From Chitinophagaceae bacterium (GTDB lineage Bacteria > Bacteroidota > Bacteroidia > Chitinophagales > Chitinophagaceae), in contig PSMD01000009.1 of NCBI GenBank assembly GCA_040289925.1, forward strand, positions 368-64,367: a stretch of 64,000 nucleotides of DNA, in the 5' to 3' direction. A model generated the notes under the pieces. That model saw nothing but the letters and a program-made list of their open reading frames with translations. It searched no databases and was not told the DNA's origin. Positions within the stretch are counted from its first letter, which is position 1. Every line of letters begins with the position of its first letter. Both the position numbers and the translations under genes were made by a program. Positions 46,956-57,766 of this stretch are shown here, in pieces.

Positions 46956-47570
46956 TTAATGGTAATGGCGATATGAAGAAATGTTACGTAAAATAAAATC
47001 ACTGTCAGCCGGCTGTTCTACTGTCTGTACATTAACCAACCCTTTTATACCGGCATAATCTCTTGCTGAACTATATAAATAATCTTTAGGCAGAGAAACA
47101 ATCCGGTCACGAACCGGATTAGTATGAATATGATCAAGCTGCTCATTTACCAAATCAGTATTGTCAAGATCAATATAAACCGGGTTAATGCTGGTTTGCC
47201 AAACCTGGTATTTATTCAGCAGCTTTAATGAACGGCTGGCTTTTTCAAATCTTTCCAGTATCCATTTACGCCTTACCTCGGTTTCTGCATCTATATCTTC
47301 TAAAATAATTCTGCCTGTGAATTTTTTAAAATCATGCGCAATTAATGAAAGTCCGTAGCCCTGCTTTGCCTGGGCCATTAAATGAAGATGGTTGCTCATG
47401 AGGCACCATGCATATACTTTCAATCCTTTTTTTTCTATGAAATAATTTAGCGACTCAACTATGATTTGCTTAAATACCGGCCGAATAAAAATATCAATCC
47501 AGTCAACAACATTAAAAGTCAGGTAATAGCAGGCCTGCTGTTGTGTGATAGTGTTTTCGTCATGTTGCAT
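46956..47570 (-). CDS. IS200-like Y1 HUH transposase homologue, REP-associated tyrosine transposase (RAYT)-like
   Basis: HUH motif in MSNHLHLM, a C-terminal Tyr region (YLYSSARDY), 204 aa. No tnpB partner and no obvious terminal hairpins. Confidence 0.7.
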   Translation of the reverse strand: MQHDENTITQQQACYYLTFNVVDWIDIFIRPVFKQIIVESLNYFIEKKGLKVYAWCLMSNHLHLMAQAKQGYGLSLIAHDFKKFTGRIILEDIDAETEVRRKWILERFEKASRSLKLLNKYQVWQTSINPVYIDLDNTDLVNEQLDHIHTNPVRDRIVSLPKDYLYSSARDYAGIKGLVNVQTVEQPADSDFILRNISSYRHYH

Positions 47571-47709
47571 AACGCACAGGTTTATTTGTGAATTTCACAG
47601 GGTCGGGTGTTCTGTTGCCCTGCATACAGCAAAATCTGTTCCATAAAGGATTAAAAATCGCCGATGTCGCGGTCTTCATCTGAGCTATACAACTTAACCA
47701 CAAAGCCAC

Positions 47710-49870
47710 TTACATTTTTATAAGTTTATAAGGCGGAACATATTCTTCAAATAATTTGGCAGCGTTGAACTCTGCCTTAAAGCTGTCATCCATTTCTCTC
47801 CAAAAACTTACCCAGTCAATATTTTTATCGGCCAGAATGTAGTTGTTTAAATGGTTGAGCAAAGGATCATTAACGGCCATTGAGCCCACTTGTTTTGAGG
47901 CTACGATATGAATGTCAGGATTGATGTCCATAATCTTTTTCATGTTCTTATAACCACAACAGGAGCCAAGGACGGCTATTTTATTATATGGCTGCAGGTA
48001 TTTTAAGGTGTTTGGCAAATGATAGCTATGGCCACGATGAATTAAAACAGAAGGCTTGATATTGTTTTGCTCAAGGTAGGCCATCAACGCTTTTTGCGCA
48101 GCAATATCTTTTTCATCTTCATTATTCAGCGGCAGGTTGGCAAATATTTTCAGCGGCTGCCCCTGCAGTGCGCTGATGCTTATCCACTGATCGTTGGTTT
48201 CCACTTTCCACTTTTTCTCATCTTTAAACAAGTTCATAAAGCTGCGGTAAGAATTTTTGCCATCATCATCTCCATAAAATAAAACCAACTCTGTAACCGC
48301 ACCATTATTATCTTTTAATGCAGAAACCGGCATGGCTTTATAACTTGCCGATACGTCGCTACCCTGCTGGCGGTTATTCACCAAATCATATACTTGCTGA
48401 AGAATGGAATAAAGGCGGCCGGCCTGATAAAGATTATTGCGCCGGGCTTTTTTCAATCCTGTTGCCAATTCTTCCTGTAAATACCCATTTAGCGTTTCAT
48501 CTTTTGAAAGAGAAATGAATGCATCAGCAATGTCTGTAGCATCAGCTACCGCTTCGTCTTCATCATCATCTTCAATATCGGTAATAAACATATGGACCAG
48601 TTGCCGGCTTTTTTCTGCAGGTATGTGATTTAAAAAATCAGGCAGAGTATTATAAGTAGCGGCCACCCTCATAAATTTTCTGAACTTATCGTAGTGCACA
48701 AGGCTAAATAACGAGTCTGCTGATCGCTTACCGAAAGAGGCTAAAAGCCGTTTGTATAAACCCAGGTAGGATGAGGTGTACATTTCTTCATCAGCAATAA
48801 CAATGATGTAATAAATATCCTGTGGCCGCAGGCCATTTACCGAAGCAAACCGTGTAGCATCCGGTGAATTATGCAGATCATTGATCTTTCTTACATAAAA
48901 CGAAAGTGCTTTTTCTGAAACGGCATTTCTTAAAGCTTTTTGCAATTGCGGATCTTCACCATTTTCTTTCTTTACTTCGTTAGCCATTAACTGGTCAACC
49001 AGCAATTGGTAATATTCAGTAACTTTTTTCCGCTTGTCTAAAATTTCATCTACCGCTACAATGTTATCAGCAATTTGCTCTGCAAAGGGGGCCAGTTCGG
49101 TTGCCAGCGGGTTAGCCGATATAGCCACTAGTTGTTTCACCAGTTTATTATTGCTATTACGGATGCTTTCGGTTACCAGATTATTGTGTTGCTGAAAATA
49201 GGCTGACTAATTTATCCGGATAATTTTTTGCCATAAAGGCCAGCAAGGAGTGGGTATAATAAAAATCTTTTTTGTTTTCAAGAAAAGAAAAAATGTATTC
49301 AGGAGTTTTTACTACCCGCTTATAAGTGCTGATGTCGGCCATGATTTTTTTCTCATCAAACTGCTAAAAAGCATTTGCAAGCATTTGACTACTGCGCCAT
49401 CCAATGCCTTTAAATTGTTTTTCCAGCGATTCATTATTCATAATCGCTGTTAGGGTTTGCCTGTATTTTTTAATGATCTCAGGAACTTTAAATTCATTAA
49501 ACTCTTTACCCTCAAGCCTTGTTCTTAGCTCTTTCAGAAAAAAAGAAATACTGTGAATACCTTTTGCTCTTTTGGCAACAGGGGCAGTAACCAAATGCGC
49601 CAGGTTGTTTTGAATTTTATCAATATCAGTGCTAATAAATTTTAAAATCTCTTTGCGGATGTTTTTATCAATTGAAGCTTTATTTAAAAAATCCCTGAAA
49701 TTTTTTTGCTCGGTATTTACCAGTTGCTGGGCTGCTTTTATTTCATTCTCATCTTCATAAACTATTTCATCTGATGATTTAAAAGAAAGTTGGTATGCAA
49801 ACGTTTGTGCCTTTATATGGGTAGAACACCATAACAGGGATAAGAGACCTAATTGAAAAACTTTTTTCAT
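47710..49870 (-). pseudogene. Large secreted protein (~720 aa reconstructed) with a C-terminal caspase-like His/Cys signature, disrupted
   Basis: Signal peptide at 49870. In-frame TAG at 49364-49366 and a frame change around 49181-49210. The C-terminal domain has strand-His (SVLIHRGHS) and strand-Cys (IAVLGSCCGY) motifs. Confidence 0.6.
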
Positions 49871-49961
49871 GGGTAGCCGACTTTACCCCTGTACTGCATT
49901 AAATGTGCCGTTTTGCAAACAGCCATGCCAGTAAAGAAATTGCAAACAGATTTTAACGGAT

Positions 49962-52292
49962 TTACTCCACTATGCGCAGGCGGGCATAGTTCAGCATAAT
50001 CTTTTTTTCTCCTGCATGCTCAAATTTTACAGTGGCAATAGGGTTGTGAGCAGCTCCCTCCATCTTCAAAACTTCCCCAAAGCCAAATTTTTGGTGCTCT
50101 ACTTTTTGGCCTACCTGCAATTTGCTGGTGTCGCTCGGTGCAAAATCAGCAGAAGGTTTATGATCGTATGTTTTAGGAGTTGAACCCAGGTAGCCGGGAG
50201 AAGAGCTTCGGTTGGATGATTTTTTATTCTCATAGGCATCAAAACCGCGGTTCATTCGTTGAAAGGCAGACTGGTTTTCATAACTACCAAAAAAACCGCC
50301 CTGATTTTTTGCACCTCCGCCAGCAAAACTCCTGTCTAAATATTCAGCAGGAATTTCATCTATAAAACGGCTGGGCTCGTTTTGCACAAGCTGTCCAAAC
50401 TTATACCTTGTGTTGGCATAAGTGATCCAAAGTTTTTCTTTTGCTCTTGTTATAACTACATAAAATAATCTTCGTTCTTCTTCCAGTTCTTCTCTTGTGT
50501 TTAAGCTCATGGCATTGGGAAAAAGGCCTTCTTCCAACCCGCAGGCAAATACACAACTAAATTCAAGGCCCTTGGCGGAATGAATGGTCATCAATTTCAC
50601 CGTGTCAGCATTTTCATCTTTTTCATCATCATTGGTCAATAATGTTATTTGTTGCAGATAAGCTCCCAAACCTTTGTCGCCCACTTCCCCTTCTTCGTTT
50701 GACGGGCTTTCGGTGAATTCTTTTATACTGTTAAGTAATTCCTGGATATTTTCATATCGCTGCACCGCATCTTCTCCTTCCTGTCTTCTTTCAAATAATT
50801 CTTTTACCAGGCCCGATTGTTTGCCAACCCAAAAAGCAATTTCGTAAGCGTTTTTCTTTGGGAGCTCAGTTTGAAACATGCGGATCATGGTTGTAAAGCT
50901 ATCAATAGCTTCCAGTGTGTTTGTTTTAAAACCAAACTGTTTTGCATTCAACAATACTTCCCACATGGAAATATTGTTTTCGTTCGCCGAAAGAATGGCT
51001 TTGTCAATAGTTGTTTTACCAATGCCACGAACAGGATAATTAATAATTCGTTTCAGGCTTTCTTCATCTTTAGGATTCACTATCACCCTTAAATAAGCAA
51101 GCAAATCTTTTATTTCTTTTCTGTGGTAGAACGAAATGCCGCCATACAAGGTGTAATTAATGCCCATGCGCCGCAAGCTTTCTTCAAATGCACGGCTTTG
51201 CGCATTGGTGCGGTAAAGAATGGCGAAATCTTTATTCTGATAATGATTGCGCAGTTTTTGTTCCTGAATGGTGTCTGCTACAAATCTTCCTTCTTCGTTG
51301 TCAGTCATCGTTCGCACCAGCTTAATTTTTTCGCCGGCTGCGTTTTGCGTCCACAGCACCTTAGGTATTTGCCCCTTGTTGTTATTGATTACTTCATTGG
51401 CAATATTTAAAATGCTTTGTGTGCTGCGGTAGTTTTGTTCCAGCTTCACCACTTTTACATCTTCATAATCTTTTTGAAACTGCAAAATGTTTTGAATAGT
51501 AGCTCCCCGAAAACTGTAAATACTTTGTGCATCATCGCCCACCACACAAACGTTTTCATGCTGTGCACCCAACAGTTTAATGATTGCATATTGCGCAGGA
51601 TTGGTATCCTGGTACTCATCAATTAAAATGTATTTGAATTTGCGTTGGTATTTGCTGAGGGCTTCCGGTACATTTTTTAAAAGCTCGTAAAATTTCAGGA
51701 GCAGGTCATCAAAATCCATCGCCCCGTTTTTAAAGCAACGCTTTACATAAGCTAAATAAATTTGTGCAATGGCAGGGCGATTTGCCCGCATGTCTTCCTG
51801 CTGTAAATAATAATCACTGGCATATTCTGCAGGGCCTACCAATGCATTTTTTGCTGAAGAGATACGGTTATATACTGTTGATGGCTTGTAATGTTTGTCA
51901 TCAAGATTTAATTCATGAATAACGGTTTTCACTACAGCTTTTGCATCGTCCGTATCGTAAATTGTAAAGTTATTTGGATAGCCAATTTTACCAGCTTCGG
52001 CTCTTAAAATCCTGGCAAATACTGAATGAAAAGTGCCGATGTAAAGATTTCTTGCTTCCCTATTACCCAATATCACCTCCACCCGTTCTTTCATTTCACG
52101 GGCTGCTTTGTTAGTGAATGTCAGGGCAAGAATGTTGAAAGCATCCACGCCATTTGCCATCAGGTGGGCAATGCGGGTAGTTAGCACTTTTGTTTTCCCA
52201 CTACCAGCGCCGGCAACAATCATCAGCGGGCCATCAATATGTAATACAGCTTCACGCTGCCGCTCATTCAATCCTTTTAAATAATCCTGCAT
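49962..52292 (-). CDS. uvrD: ATP-dependent DNA helicase, UvrD/PcrA/Rep family
   Basis: 776 aa. Walker A AGAGSGKT, motif II ILIDEYQDTN and the other SF1 motifs. C-terminal extension. Confidence 0.9.
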   Translation of the reverse strand: MQDYLKGLNERQREAVLHIDGPLMIVAGAGSGKTKVLTTRIAHLMANGVDAFNILALTFTNKAAREMKERVEVILGNREARNLYIGTFHSVFARILRAEAGKIGYPNNFTIYDTDDAKAVVKTVIHELNLDDKHYKPSTVYNRISSAKNALVGPAEYASDYYLQQEDMRANRPAIAQIYLAYVKRCFKNGAMDFDDLLLKFYELLKNVPEALSKYQRKFKYILIDEYQDTNPAQYAIIKLLGAQHENVCVVGDDAQSIYSFRGATIQNILQFQKDYEDVKVVKLEQNYRSTQSILNIANEVINNNKGQIPKVLWTQNAAGEKIKLVRTMTDNEEGRFVADTIQEQKLRNHYQNKDFAILYRTNAQSRAFEESLRRMGINYTLYGGISFYHRKEIKDLLAYLRVIVNPKDEESLKRIINYPVRGIGKTTIDKAILSANENNISMWEVLLNAKQFGFKTNTLEAIDSFTTMIRMFQTELPKKNAYEIAFWVGKQSGLVKELFERRQEGEDAVQRYENIQELLNSIKEFTESPSNEEGEVGDKGLGAYLQQITLLTNDDEKDENADTVKLMTIHSAKGLEFSCVFACGLEEGLFPNAMSLNTREELEEERRLFYVVITRAKEKLWITYANTRYKFGQLVQNEPSRFIDEIPAEYLDRSFAGGGAKNQGGFFGSYENQSAFQRMNRGFDAYENKKSSNRSSSPGYLGSTPKTYDHKPSADFAPSDTSKLQVGQKVEHQKFGFGEVLKMEGAAHNPIATVKFEHAGEKKIMLNYARLRIVE

Positions 52293-52353
52293 ACGATGGG
52301 TGCAAGTTAGTTTCTCTGTCTTGATTTTGAATATAAATTGATGGGTTAAACAA

Positions 52354-52546
52354 ATGGAAGAATATATCTATTTGGGTGATCGCTATACTGACGCTGCTTT
52401 GAAAGGAAAACCGCGTTCGGCAATACGAAAAAAAAGGCAAATGCATACGGGGCAGAAATGGAAATATGCTGGTGAAATTTAACGGTGGAAACCTGCAGAT
52501 TGTTACTGCAAGTCTTTTATGAAAGCTAAAACCTCCTACAAGTAAA
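52354..52546 (+). pseudogene. Mini-ORF (~63 codons) split by an A8 run
   Basis: MEEYIYLGDRYTDAALKGKPRSAIRKK reads on as GKCIRGRNGNMLVKFNGGNLQICYC... only if the A8 run at 52428-52435 is shortened by one base. Weak support. Confidence 0.25.
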
Positions 52547-52693
52547 GATCTCTGCAGCTTGTTGAAAAATTAACAAGCTCCGCCCACTAATCAATTGGGT
52601 TGCCCATTTATCCAAATCAAATTTGCCAAAAAAATTTTCTGTTGAAGTTTACGATGGTTTTCGTATTACAGGTATAGCCAAAATCAATTTATC

Positions 52694-54283
52694 ATGAAAC
52701 AAATTTTAGTCTTTGCCGTCATTATCTTTTCCATATCGACGGCAGCGCAAAACAAAAAAGCAACCATTTCAGGAACTGTAACAGATAGTTCCCAATCGAC
52801 ATTAATGTATGCTACAGGTAGCCTTTAAAAGACCGCACAAACTGAGCCGCTTAAAATAACTTATACCAATGATAAAGGCGGCTTTAAATTAGCTGGAGTT
52901 GATAGCGGGAGTTATCGGTTAGTGGTAAGCCACACCAGCTATAGCGATTACAAAGAACAGCTAAATTATAGACGGCCAGGATGTGCAGCTAAATGCAATT
53001 AGCTTACAAAGCAGCGCAGGCCAGTTGAAAGGAGTTACGGTCGTTGCAAAAAAACCGCTGATTGAACAAGCAGACGATAAGATTATTTATAACGTGGAGA
53101 ATGACCCGACCACAAAAACAGAAACAGCAATTGATATTTTGAGAAAAACACCCTTTGTAAGTGTTGATGGAGACAACAACATCCAGGTAAATGGCCAATC
53201 AAATTTTAAAGTGCTATTGAATGGAAGAGAAACCGCCATATTTGCACAAAACGTAAAAGAAGCACTGAAAAGTTTTGCCGGGGCATTCATTGTAAAAATA
53301 GAAGTGATCACCAGTCCTTCTGCTAAATACGATGCGAAAGGCGTAGGTGGCATTATCAATATTATTATCAGGAAAAAGTAAAAGGATATAATGGCTCCAT
53401 CTCATCACATGCCAGCACAAATAAGTACAGAAATGTGAACACAAACTTCAGCGCAAAATTTGGCAAACTGGGTATTACGGTTAATTATGGTGCCGGTGGC
53501 AATTTCAACCTGAAAGGCTCCAGCTCATCTGTTACCACACCCCATGCTCAAACTTCTTATACAAAAAGAGAGTTGCGTGGCCAAAGAACAATGCCCAACT
53601 TCTGGAATTTTGGCAACGCTGAATTGAATTATGAATTGGATTCTTTGAATACAATCAGTACTTATGGAAACATTGGTGGCGGCAGCAATTGTACAAAGCT
53701 TGAGCAAACCATCATCACCGATTATCCTTCGCAGCCATCCAGTACCAGCTTTTATAACCTGAAAAGCAAAAACAACTATCCAAACATCAGCACCGGCCTT
53801 GATTTTATTCGCAAATTTTCAAACAATAAAGAACGTGAATTCAGTATCCGGCTTAATGGAGAATTTGCTGATGCAAATACTTTACTCCCTACTTCACAAC
53901 TAAACCCCGGCACAGACCGCTTTATTGATAATTGCAGCATTGCCGGAAACAAACAATACACTATACAAACCGATTATGTGCATCCATTAAAAAACAATCA
54001 AACCACTTACCCTTTAAATTACTAGTATGGCATTGGAGCCGGTTATAAATTATTTAATGAGAAACTAACCCTAAGCCAGATGGCATCCAACTGCTTAAAA
54101 AAGGATAACGACTATAAGATGACAATCAGAGACCCCAATTTTGAAACAATAACTTCAACCACTTTCCCCTTTCGTGGAGTAGCCCTGGCTATAAGCTGAA
54201 ATTTTGGAAAGCTGAAAGAAAATGATTCAAAAAAGAAGGGTGTGAATAATGACGATTTGTTGGGAAACGGCCAGAATAATTAA
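52694..54283 (+). pseudogene. TonB-dependent-receptor-like outer-membrane protein (CarbopepD_reg + plug + barrel), heavily decayed
   Basis: Signal peptide, ISGTVTDS... regulatory-like domain, and a plug-like region (DILRKTPFVSVDGDNNIQVNG). Lesions are TAA 52826-52828, frame changes near 52960 and 53375, TAG 54023-54025 and TGA 54197-54199. About 530 codons, where I would expect about 800. Confidence 0.7.
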
Positions 54284-54310
54284 GAAAAATAAAGCCGGAA
54301 AATTCCGGTT

Positions 54311-54665
54311 TTATTTTTTAGGCCTCTCCTGCTGAGGCCAGCCATCCTTCTTTTTATTTCGTTCATTTCTTTCGCTATCTACTGACGGATCTGTTTCACC
54401 TCTTTCCCGGGCTGTAAAATTCACATGCTTATCGCGATTGGCTTTTGCAAATGTATCCAAATGCCTGTCTTTCGGTTTTTTCATATTGCTTATTTTGATG
54501 AATCGGTAATCCGTCATTCATTCTTTCATAACTCACTATATCACTTTTCTGCCCGCTCTCATCTTTTGTTTCAACAATTGTTTCCTCCTGTTTACTGCTG
54601 TTTTGTTTACCACTATTGGTACAGGCAGAAAATATAAAACAGAATATGCTTAACCACCTCAGCAT
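54311..54665 (-). pseudogene. Small lipoprotein, frameshifted
   Basis: Lipobox FIFSAC. Two overlapping ORFs (54429-54665 and 54311-54517) join into one charged, Lys/Glu-rich protein after a 1-nt shift. Confidence 0.5.
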
Positions 54666-54732
54666 TACCTCTGGTTTTTGTTTGTATGACTGTGTACGGA
54701 AGTATCCATTCTTAAATTAGTTGTTGTATCAG

Positions 54733-54876
54733 TTATACTGCTGCCAGGCCGGTGTCGGTAATTGTTGAGTTTGCGTTTGTATTGATGCTGCTGTCTGTTG
54801 TTGTGCTTTCGCTCCCGCTGTTGTTACAGGCTACCATAAACATGGCCAATAAATAAATAATTCCCAGCTTTTTCAT
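54733..54876 (-). CDS. Very small putative lipoprotein (47 aa)
   Basis: MKKLGIIYLLAMFMVAC lipobox followed by a Ser/Thr/Asn-rich tail. Below the track size cut-off; translated by hand. Confidence 0.35.
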   Translation of the reverse strand: MKKLGIIYLLAMFMVACNNSGSESTTTDSSINTNANSTITDTGLAAV

Positions 54877-54990
54877 AAACGTTGCTTTTAGGGATCGAAT
54901 AAAGATTAACAAGCATAGTTTATCAATTATGCTGCCATAGAAATCTTTCCTAATAAACTAAAAAGTAGAAAAAGCCAATGAGCCTGCCGC

Positions 54991-55632
54991 TTAATTTTTA
55001 AAAGGCCCGGTAAATTCTTTTCTGAATTTTTGATAATCAGGAATGGAAACGTGTTTTACGTAAGAGTTATCGGGATGATGCAATATGTATTCCTGGTGAT
55101 ATTCTTCAGCCGCATAAAAACTTTTAAAAGGTTTTACTTCTGTAACAATTTTTCCTGTGTACTTTTTTTCTGATGCCAGCTTTTTTATTTCATTTTCTAT
55201 TATCTGTTTTTCTTTTTCGTTCCTGTAAAAGGCAATAGAGCGGTATTGAGTACCAACATCATTTCCCTGCCTGTTCAGTTGAGTAGGGTCATGGCTGGCG
55301 AAAAATGCTTTTACCAGCGTTTCAAAATTAATTTTGGATGGGTCATAATATACCTGCACCACCTCAGCATGACCCGTGCGGCCGGTGCAAACTTCTTCAT
55401 AGTCCGGATCAGCAACTGCCCCGCCTGCATAACCAGACACAGCATCTCGTACACCTTCCAAACTTTGAAATACAATTTCTGTATGCCAGAAACAGCCTTC
55501 ACCAAAAGTGGCCACCGCTTCGTTTGAAGTTTTTGTATTGCTACCGGCAAAAATTTTATACGCCCCGCTCTGGGTTTGTGCACAGGCAGAAAACACCAAT
55601 GTAAAAATAAGGATAGAGGCAAATGATTTCAT
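54991..55632 (-). CDS. msrA: Peptide-methionine (S)-S-oxide reductase with signal/lipoprotein leader
   Basis: GCFW active-site motif (FGEGCFWHTE). Start moved to ATG 55630-55632 (MKSFASILIFTLVFSAC). Confidence 0.9.
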   Translation of the reverse strand: MKSFASILIFTLVFSACAQTQSGAYKIFAGSNTKTSNEAVATFGEGCFWHTEIVFQSLEGVRDAVSGYAGGAVADPDYEEVCTGRTGHAEVVQVYYDPSKINFETLVKAFFASHDPTQLNRQGNDVGTQYRSIAFYRNEKEKQIIENEIKKLASEKKYTGKIVTEVKPFKSFYAAEEYHQEYILHHPDNSYVKHVSIPDYQKFRKEFTGPFKN

Positions 55633-55719
55633 AAAGATGATCTTGCTTAAACAAACGAATAAATACCCCCCACGGTTTGCAGCATCTGAGTAAAAGAAAT
55701 TCTTTAACAAGTTAGAAAA

Positions 55720-57693
55720 TTAACCGCCAAGCCGCCGGTAGTTTTTTAAGATGAGCCTTAAATCATCAGCCGGAACGTAATCATGGGCATACCAGTAATC
55801 AACCATTTTCAAACTTTCCTGCGGTAAAGCCTTTGCGCCTTTTACAGGACTACCATTACTGCCAATTACTGCAGAACGCAAAGGAGGCAATGGCTTTCCA
55901 TTTACTGCATAACCCACCCAGGTTTTGTTGCCGATTAAAATGTGAAAGCAGTTGGCAAAAAATGCAAAAGGCTTTTTTACAAAAACAAAATGTACAGGAA
56001 AGCTAAGCAGGAAGAAAATAGAAAACAGGACGTCAATCAAACGCTTAACGCGCCGGTTATATGGGTTGGCCAGGTTAAATCCATTTTCTTTTGAAACCGC
56101 TTCACCGGCAGTATCTTTTGAGTCGCTGCCCACAATGCTTAAACTATTTGAAGCATGCAGCCTGATGCGGCAACCGGGCGGGATATTTTTTAATTGAGAA
56201 ATGATTTGCTGAAAGCTTAGTTCACCTTCACAAAAAATTATTTCTTTAAAAGGAATAACAGCCTGCAGGTTTACCAAAGAATTGAAAGAGCCGAGAGCAT
56301 CATCATTATTTTGACCGTTTACGGCCACCCTGCCTAAAACTTTTTCTGTAAGCCTTGCCTGCTGCAATAAACTTTTTACCGACTCAAACTCCAATGGTGA
56401 GCCTGCAATGACAGTACCCGGTTTCTCATCTTCATTGCCGCCTTCATAAATCACATTCCATTTTATCAGTAGCCATCTTTCTATACTAATGAGTATAAAG
56501 GCCAGCAAGGCACCAATGCTTACAATAGCTCTTGAAAAACGAAACTTCTCCGGCAGCAATGCATAAGCTGCCAACAAAACAAGCGTTGCAATTAAAGTAG
56601 AACGAACCAGGTTAGAACGGCGATACCATTTATCATACAGTCCTGCATAATAGGCTACCACCAGGTAAACAAACGTAAAAGCAGGAAAAGCAACCCACAA
56701 TAATTTTTCAGGATACTGAATATCGGTGCGAATGTTTATCCAGATATTTTTTGCAATCCAGAATGAAAGCAAGATGAGAGCAGCATCAATCAGCGGCAGT
56801 CCTATCCATTGAATAAACCGCTTGAGTGCCGACATAGCCGCCCTGAACCAAATGGCAACATGAATTAGAAAATTAAACAAGCCGGCTCTGCCATAATGTT
56901 TGGTAACAAACAAGCTCATGGCATTATAAAACATGCGGATATAGTTGAGGCTGCCCTTTTTTGTGCTCTCACCTTTAAAATGCACAATGGAGGTTTGAGC
57001 TACATAAAAATTTTTGTACCCTGCTTTTTGAATGCGGTAGCTCAGGTCCACATCCTCACCATACATAAAAAATCGTTCATCGAAACAACCTACTTCTTTC
57101 AACACCTTTCGGCGAACCATCATAAAAGCACCGGCAAGCACATCTACTTCATGGTTTGCGGTTGCATCCAAATGGCCCAAATGATAGCGGGAAAAAATTC
57201 TTGATTTTGGAAACAGCCGCGACAAGCCAAATAATTTATACAAAGAAGTTGCAGGTGAAGGAAAAGACCGGCGAGATTCTTTTAAAAAACGGCCATGCCC
57301 GTCAAGCATCTTTACACCAATAGCTCCCGCATTCGTATGCTGCTCAAAAAAATCAATGCAAACCCCCAGGCAATCTTCTGCAAGTATGGTGTCGGGATTT
57401 AAAAACAAAACATATTTACCTGAAGAAAGAGCATAACCCTGGTTACAAGCTTTTGCAAAACCAAGATTTTCTTTATTGGCAATAAATTTTACACAACTAA
57501 ACCGAGGCTGTAAAAACTCCAGGCTGTTATCTGCAGAGCAGTTGTCAACTACAATTACCTCAGCCTGCGCACCGGCATGGTGAATGGCTTTTTGCACTGA
57601 GCAAAGACATTGCTCTAAAAAATGCTTGACGTTGTAGTTTACTATGATAACTGAAAGCTCCATGCCCGCCTTGTGGAAGATTGTTTTTTTCAA
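55720..57693 (-). CDS. GT2-family glycosyltransferase fused to a multi-pass membrane region and a C-terminal domain
   Basis: N-terminal [14 protein letters not shown]...[13 protein letters not shown] motifs, a central block of TM helices, and a late [20 protein letters not shown] helix. Confidence 0.75.
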   Translation of the reverse strand: MKKTIFHKAGMELSVIIVNYNVKHFLEQCLCSVQKAIHHAGAQAEVIVVDNCSADNSLEFLQPRFSCVKFIANKENLGFAKACNQGYALSSGKYVLFLNPDTILAEDCLGVCIDFFEQHTNAGAIGVKMLDGHGRFLKESRRSFPSPATSLYKLFGLSRLFPKSRIFSRYHLGHLDATANHEVDVLAGAFMMVRRKVLKEVGCFDERFFMYGEDVDLSYRIQKAGYKNFYVAQTSIVHFKGESTKKGSLNYIRMFYNAMSLFVTKHYGRAGLFNFLIHVAIWFRAAMSALKRFIQWIGLPLIDAALILLSFWIAKNIWINIRTDIQYPEKLLWVAFPAFTFVYLVVAYYAGLYDKWYRRSNLVRSTLIATLVLLAAYALLPEKFRFSRAIVSIGALLAFILISIERWLLIKWNVIYEGGNEDEKPGTVIAGSPLEFESVKSLLQQARLTEKVLGRVAVNGQNNDDALGSFNSLVNLQAVIPFKEIIFCEGELSFQQIISQLKNIPPGCRIRLHASNSLSIVGSDSKDTAGEAVSKENGFNLANPYNRRVKRLIDVLFSIFFLLSFPVHFVFVKKPFAFFANCFHILIGNKTWVGYAVNGKPLPPLRSAVIGSNGSPVKGAKALPQESLKMVDYWYAHDYVPADDLRLILKNYRRLGG

Positions 57694-57766
57694 AAATAGT
57701 TTTTATAGGATAGCATTCAATTTATTATTCCGCTTCAGGGGGTGGAGGGGTTCGTTATCTTTGCGC

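Noticed and set aside
57756-57763. TATCTTTG box upstream of suhB as its promoter.
   Set aside because: It ends only 4 nt before the ATG at 57767, too close for the usual -7 spacing. It may serve a leaderless transcript or simply reflect the shared 11-mer with the lpxD promoter. I did not list it as a feature.
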